A stretch of DNA of 64,000 nt from Bacteroidetes bacterium GWE2_42_24 (GTDB lineage: Bacteria; Bacteroidota; Bacteroidia; Bacteroidales; TTA-H9), in the NCBI GenBank assembly GCA_001768515.1, contig MEOA01000010.1, positions 64,161 to 128,160 of the forward strand, given 5' to 3'. Made by a program: the position numbers and the translations under genes. Positions within the stretch are counted from its first letter, which is position 1, and every line of letters begins with the position of its first letter. This document shows positions 61,088-64,000 of the stretch, piece by piece. The notes beneath the pieces are model-generated. The model ran no database searches and was not told the DNA's origin. It worked only from the letters and a program-made list of their open reading frames with translations.

Positions 61088-63577
61088 TCAACCAGGAGTC
61101 AGGCTCTTCAATCGGGTTGTCGATCGTTCAATCACAGATTTGACATAGAATCTGGCAATAGGCTTTGTAAGGTACCCACTGATATGAATTTCTCGTGATT
61201 CGGTTCGCAATCGATCGGATTCGTTGTTATCGATAGCGAAAAACAACCTATCGGGGTATAGTCTGTGGAAAGTATCTGCAATTTCATTGAATGGCATTCC
61301 GGAAATACCTGTGTGAACCATACCCATTACATTTGGCTGGTGTTTTTTGCACAGTCTGAAGAATCCACCGGCATTTGAAGCCATCACTGTTTCAATTCCT
61401 GAATTCATAAGGAAAAGGCGCAGTGAAGCATAGCTGTCACCATCAGCATCCCCAACCACGACAACCGGAAAGGAATCAGGCAGACATGAATTAGTTGGGT
61501 TAACGGATGGTTTCAGGGCATCAATTGGAAAGATGGCAGTAAAAGTACTCCCGGTGTTCTTTTTAGAAGCAAGCTCAATCTGCCCGCCTAACACCTCAAT
61601 CAAACCCTTGGCAACAGAGAGGCCCAATCCCAAACCTTCAAAATTCCGGCTTGCTGTGCTGTTCTCCTGATTAAAAGCGCCGAATACTGTTTGATGAGCA
61701 TTTTCGCCTATACCCATCCCTGTATCTTTTACCCACATCCGCAGATACTCTTCATCGGCGCTGTAGCCAACCTCAATAAAGCCCTCAGTTGTATATTTAA
61801 CAGCATTACTGATCATCTGATCGAATGCTTGTCGAAGCAACTTCTGGTCGGTTGTAATACTTAGCCTCCGGCTCTCTTCCGGAACTGTTATATACACAGC
61901 TATGCTTTTATGTTCAAGACTACTGAGCGTATATTGCTGTAATATTCTGAAAAATTCATTCAGATCAAATGCTATGTGATGTGGGGTTGTGTTGCCCGAC
62001 ATCACCAGCGACACCTGCAGCAGGTTGTTCACAGTGTTAATTAACCTATCAGTACTTCCGTTAAGAATTTGCAGATATTCTGTTTTCTCATATTCTGTTA
62101 TATCTGACATTGACATCAGCTGGGCAAAGCCCAGGATTCCATTCAGAGGTGTTCGGATTTCATGCGTTACCAGATTCAAAAAATTCGATTTGAGTCGATC
62201 GCTTGCTTCAGCCAGCTCTTTAGCTTTACGCATCTGTTCATGCGCCAGCCCGATCGATTCATTCTGCGCTTGGTAGAGGTGGTTAAGTTTGCTCAATTCT
62301 TCGTTCTGACTAGCCAGACGCCTGTGATGTGTATCGAGATCTTCCTGTTGACTTTGCCGTATGAGAAATGAACCGATGAGATCAGCAAAAAGACGGATCA
62401 GGTGTGCCCTTTTATAGTCATTGCCAGGAGGAGATTGTTTGTATAAGAACACTATAAACCCCCGACATTGTTTACCATCAGAGAGAGGAATTACCTCGAG
62501 GGCGGACAGGTTATAACATTCTGCCAGAAGCCTTGCAGGGTGAGTTGACGACATTGCCGGGCTGAGACTCAATGACAGCCCAACACCTCCTGCAAGCGAG
62601 GGCATCCATTCATCAAAAAGCGACACGGGCAAATGACTGTGCTTGTCGGGATTGGATTGAATCCCCACAGAGAGCCATTCAACACTACGACTCAGAGAAA
62701 AATTATCGTCGTCAAACTGATAGAGTAATATTGCCGGGGATTTTAATTCCCTTCCGATACGACCTATGGCATCGGTTAGCATCCGCTGAGTTAATTCAAA
62801 AGGAGCCCGAAGCAATTGCCCCGTAATTGCTACCAGCAGTTCAAGTATCCGCAACATCGACTTTCTGCTTTCACTGACCTGATATGATGTGGTAATATCA
62901 CGGATAACACAAAGCACCTCATCAGCACCAAAGGCAACAAATCGTGCCTCATAATGCAGAATGGAATCAGTAACCGGCATGGTATATTCTGCTGTTGTCT
63001 GCATCTTGTCGTGTAGGCAAAGGTCAATAGCTCGGATAATGCTTGCCTTTTCTTCAGAAGATAGAAGACTGAATACATTGAAACCGACTATATGGGAAGG
63101 ATCAACGGCAAAGGTTTCATTGGCAGTATTAAAATATTTTGTAAGGATACCTGACCTGTTTACAGTAATCAATAGGTCAGGCAACAAGGAGAGCAATTGG
63201 GCAAATACACGCTGCTCCAATCCGGATTTTGATTCCTGTTTTTCCGACAATCTCAGTGTCAACAACTGTAACGATGAACCCGCACCATTGAGCCACCTGA
63301 CTGAAATACTCAGCTCAGGCTCTTTCTCTTCACCTGCAGCAGTATCATTGATCACTTTACACGCTGAAAACGCCCTCTCAGCGGCTAAAGGAACATACTT
63401 CAAAAACAGACTAATGGATTTCCCGATTAATGCGTCGGCAGGTTGGTGCAAAAGCGAACAAAAGATAGAATCGACACTACTGATAATACCCTCACTGTTA
63501 CAAACAGCCAATCCGGTTTGGTGGCTGTTCAATGGCCTGACAATAAAATCATGTAATTGTGCACTGTTGGATACCAT
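61088..63577 (-). CDS. sensor histidine kinase with large cytoplasmic PAS/GAF-like input region and C-terminal receiver-like domain
   Basis: H-box THEIRTPLNGILGF, N-box ISNAVKYT, G-boxes DTGMGI and GLGLGLSVAKGLIEVLGG. The last 127 aa resemble a receiver fold (..LTKP). Confidence 0.85.
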   Translation of the reverse strand: MVSNSAQLHDFIVRPLNSHQTGLAVCNSEGIISSVDSIFCSLLHQPADALIGKSISLFLKYVPLAAERAFSACKVINDTAAGEEKEPELSISVRWLNGAGSSLQLLTLRLSEKQESKSGLEQRVFAQLLSLLPDLLITVNRSGILTKYFNTANETFAVDPSHIVGFNVFSLLSSEEKASIIRAIDLCLHDKMQTTAEYTMPVTDSILHYEARFVAFGADEVLCVIRDITTSYQVSESRKSMLRILELLVAITGQLLRAPFELTQRMLTDAIGRIGRELKSPAILLYQFDDDNFSLSRSVEWLSVGIQSNPDKHSHLPVSLFDEWMPSLAGGVGLSLSLSPAMSSTHPARLLAECYNLSALEVIPLSDGKQCRGFIVFLYKQSPPGNDYKRAHLIRLFADLIGSFLIRQSQQEDLDTHHRRLASQNEELSKLNHLYQAQNESIGLAHEQMRKAKELAEASDRLKSNFLNLVTHEIRTPLNGILGFAQLMSMSDITEYEKTEYLQILNGSTDRLINTVNNLLQVSLVMSGNTTPHHIAFDLNEFFRILQQYTLSSLEHKSIAVYITVPEESRRLSITTDQKLLRQAFDQMISNAVKYTTEGFIEVGYSADEEYLRMWVKDTGMGIGENAHQTVFGAFNQENSTASRNFEGLGLGLSVAKGLIEVLGGQIELASKKNTGSTFTAIFPIDALKPSVNPTNSCLPDSFPVVVVGDADGDSYASLRLFLMNSGIETVMASNAGGFFRLCKKHQPNVMGMVHTGISGMPFNEIADTFHRLYPDRLFFAIDNNESDRLRTESREIHISGYLTKPIARFYVKSVIERSTTRLKSLTPG

Positions 63578-63693
63578 GATTTACCTTTTTCTGTAAAAGT
63601 AATACATTCTTCCCATGATTAATCATTTATCCAAAGATATTCATCAGAAAAACAGACGCAAAATCAAGAGAAGAGGTCAAAGAACAACTGCTG

Positions 63694-64000
63694 TTAATTA
63701 AATATCGCCATAACAGTTCTGAAAATTACCAAAAGGTCACTACGCCAGGTAGCTGATTGGATATATAAAAGGTTAATCGACAACTTCCTCGGCATAACCA
63801 CTTCAAGATAGGTTCTTACCGGATCTGCAGATGCTTCTAACAGTTCGTTTTCGCTAATATATTCTATTGAAGCCGGGTCAGTAACCCCAGGTTTTACATC
63901 AAGTACCTGTCTTTGTAGAGGAGTATAATGCTCAACATACATCCTGACCTCAGGACGCGGGCCGACAAGACTCATTGTCCCCCCGATAACATTGAACACC
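63694..64000 (-). CDS. bacterial sugar (undecaprenyl-phosphate hexose-1-phosphate) transferase, N-terminus outside window
   Basis: C-terminal domain motifs SLVGPRPE and KPGVTDPASI. The ORF is open to the window edge. Confidence 0.75.
   Translation of the reverse strand, partial: VFNVIGGTMSLVGPRPEVRMYVEHYTPLQRQVLDVKPGVTDPASIEYISENELLEASADPVRTYLEVVMPRKLSINLLYIQSATWRSDLLVIFRTVMAIFN

Noticed and set aside
1-64000. A search for CRISPR arrays, rRNA or tRNA genes, reverse transcriptases, integrases or other hallmark mobile or defence genes.
   Set aside because: None was found by eye. The only regularly spaced repeats are the 10-bp mraZ boxes and the 11-nt GCTTCG units, both far too short and few for a CRISPR array. 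A tRNAscan, Infernal or defence-HMM run would be needed to exclude them formally.

Overview
This 64-kb chromosomal segment looks like a Bacteroidota (Bacteroidia-type) genome. Supporting signs: a complete mraZ-rsmH-ftsL-ftsI-murE-mraY-murD-ftsW-murG-murC-ftsQ-ftsA-ftsZ cluster without murF/ddl (21.2-36.8 kb), a glsB/glsA-like N-acyl amino-acid lipid acyltransferase pair, S46 and S41 peptidases, a GH29 fucosidase, and a TAnnTTTG-type -7 box in front of mraZ. I count about 55 credible protein genes. Housekeeping genes include a CcmF-family heme lyase (5' end cut by the window), rfbC, uvrA, aroA/aroB, a thioredoxin, an acyl-CoA carboxyltransferase plus biotin carrier, engB, priA and an Fe/Mn superoxide dismutase. 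By eye I found no rRNA, tRNA, CRISPR array, intact transposase or integrase, reverse transcriptase, or recognisable phage-defence gene. Composition is uneven: 38.9-48.5 kb, between an ftsB-like gene and priA, is visibly AT-richer and holds uncharacterised, orphan and decayed genes. The least explained signal is a 136-nt non-coding element present twice in direct orientation (14976-15111 and 47968-48103), each in an ORF-poor gap. It has an invariant 19-mer and four head-to-tail 11-nt GCTTCG units built from self-complementary CTTCGAAG cores. I cannot name a definite new system; candidates are ranked in the findings. Non-ORF coordinates were read by hand and may be off by 1-2 nt. All family assignments rest on motifs I recognised, not on database searches.
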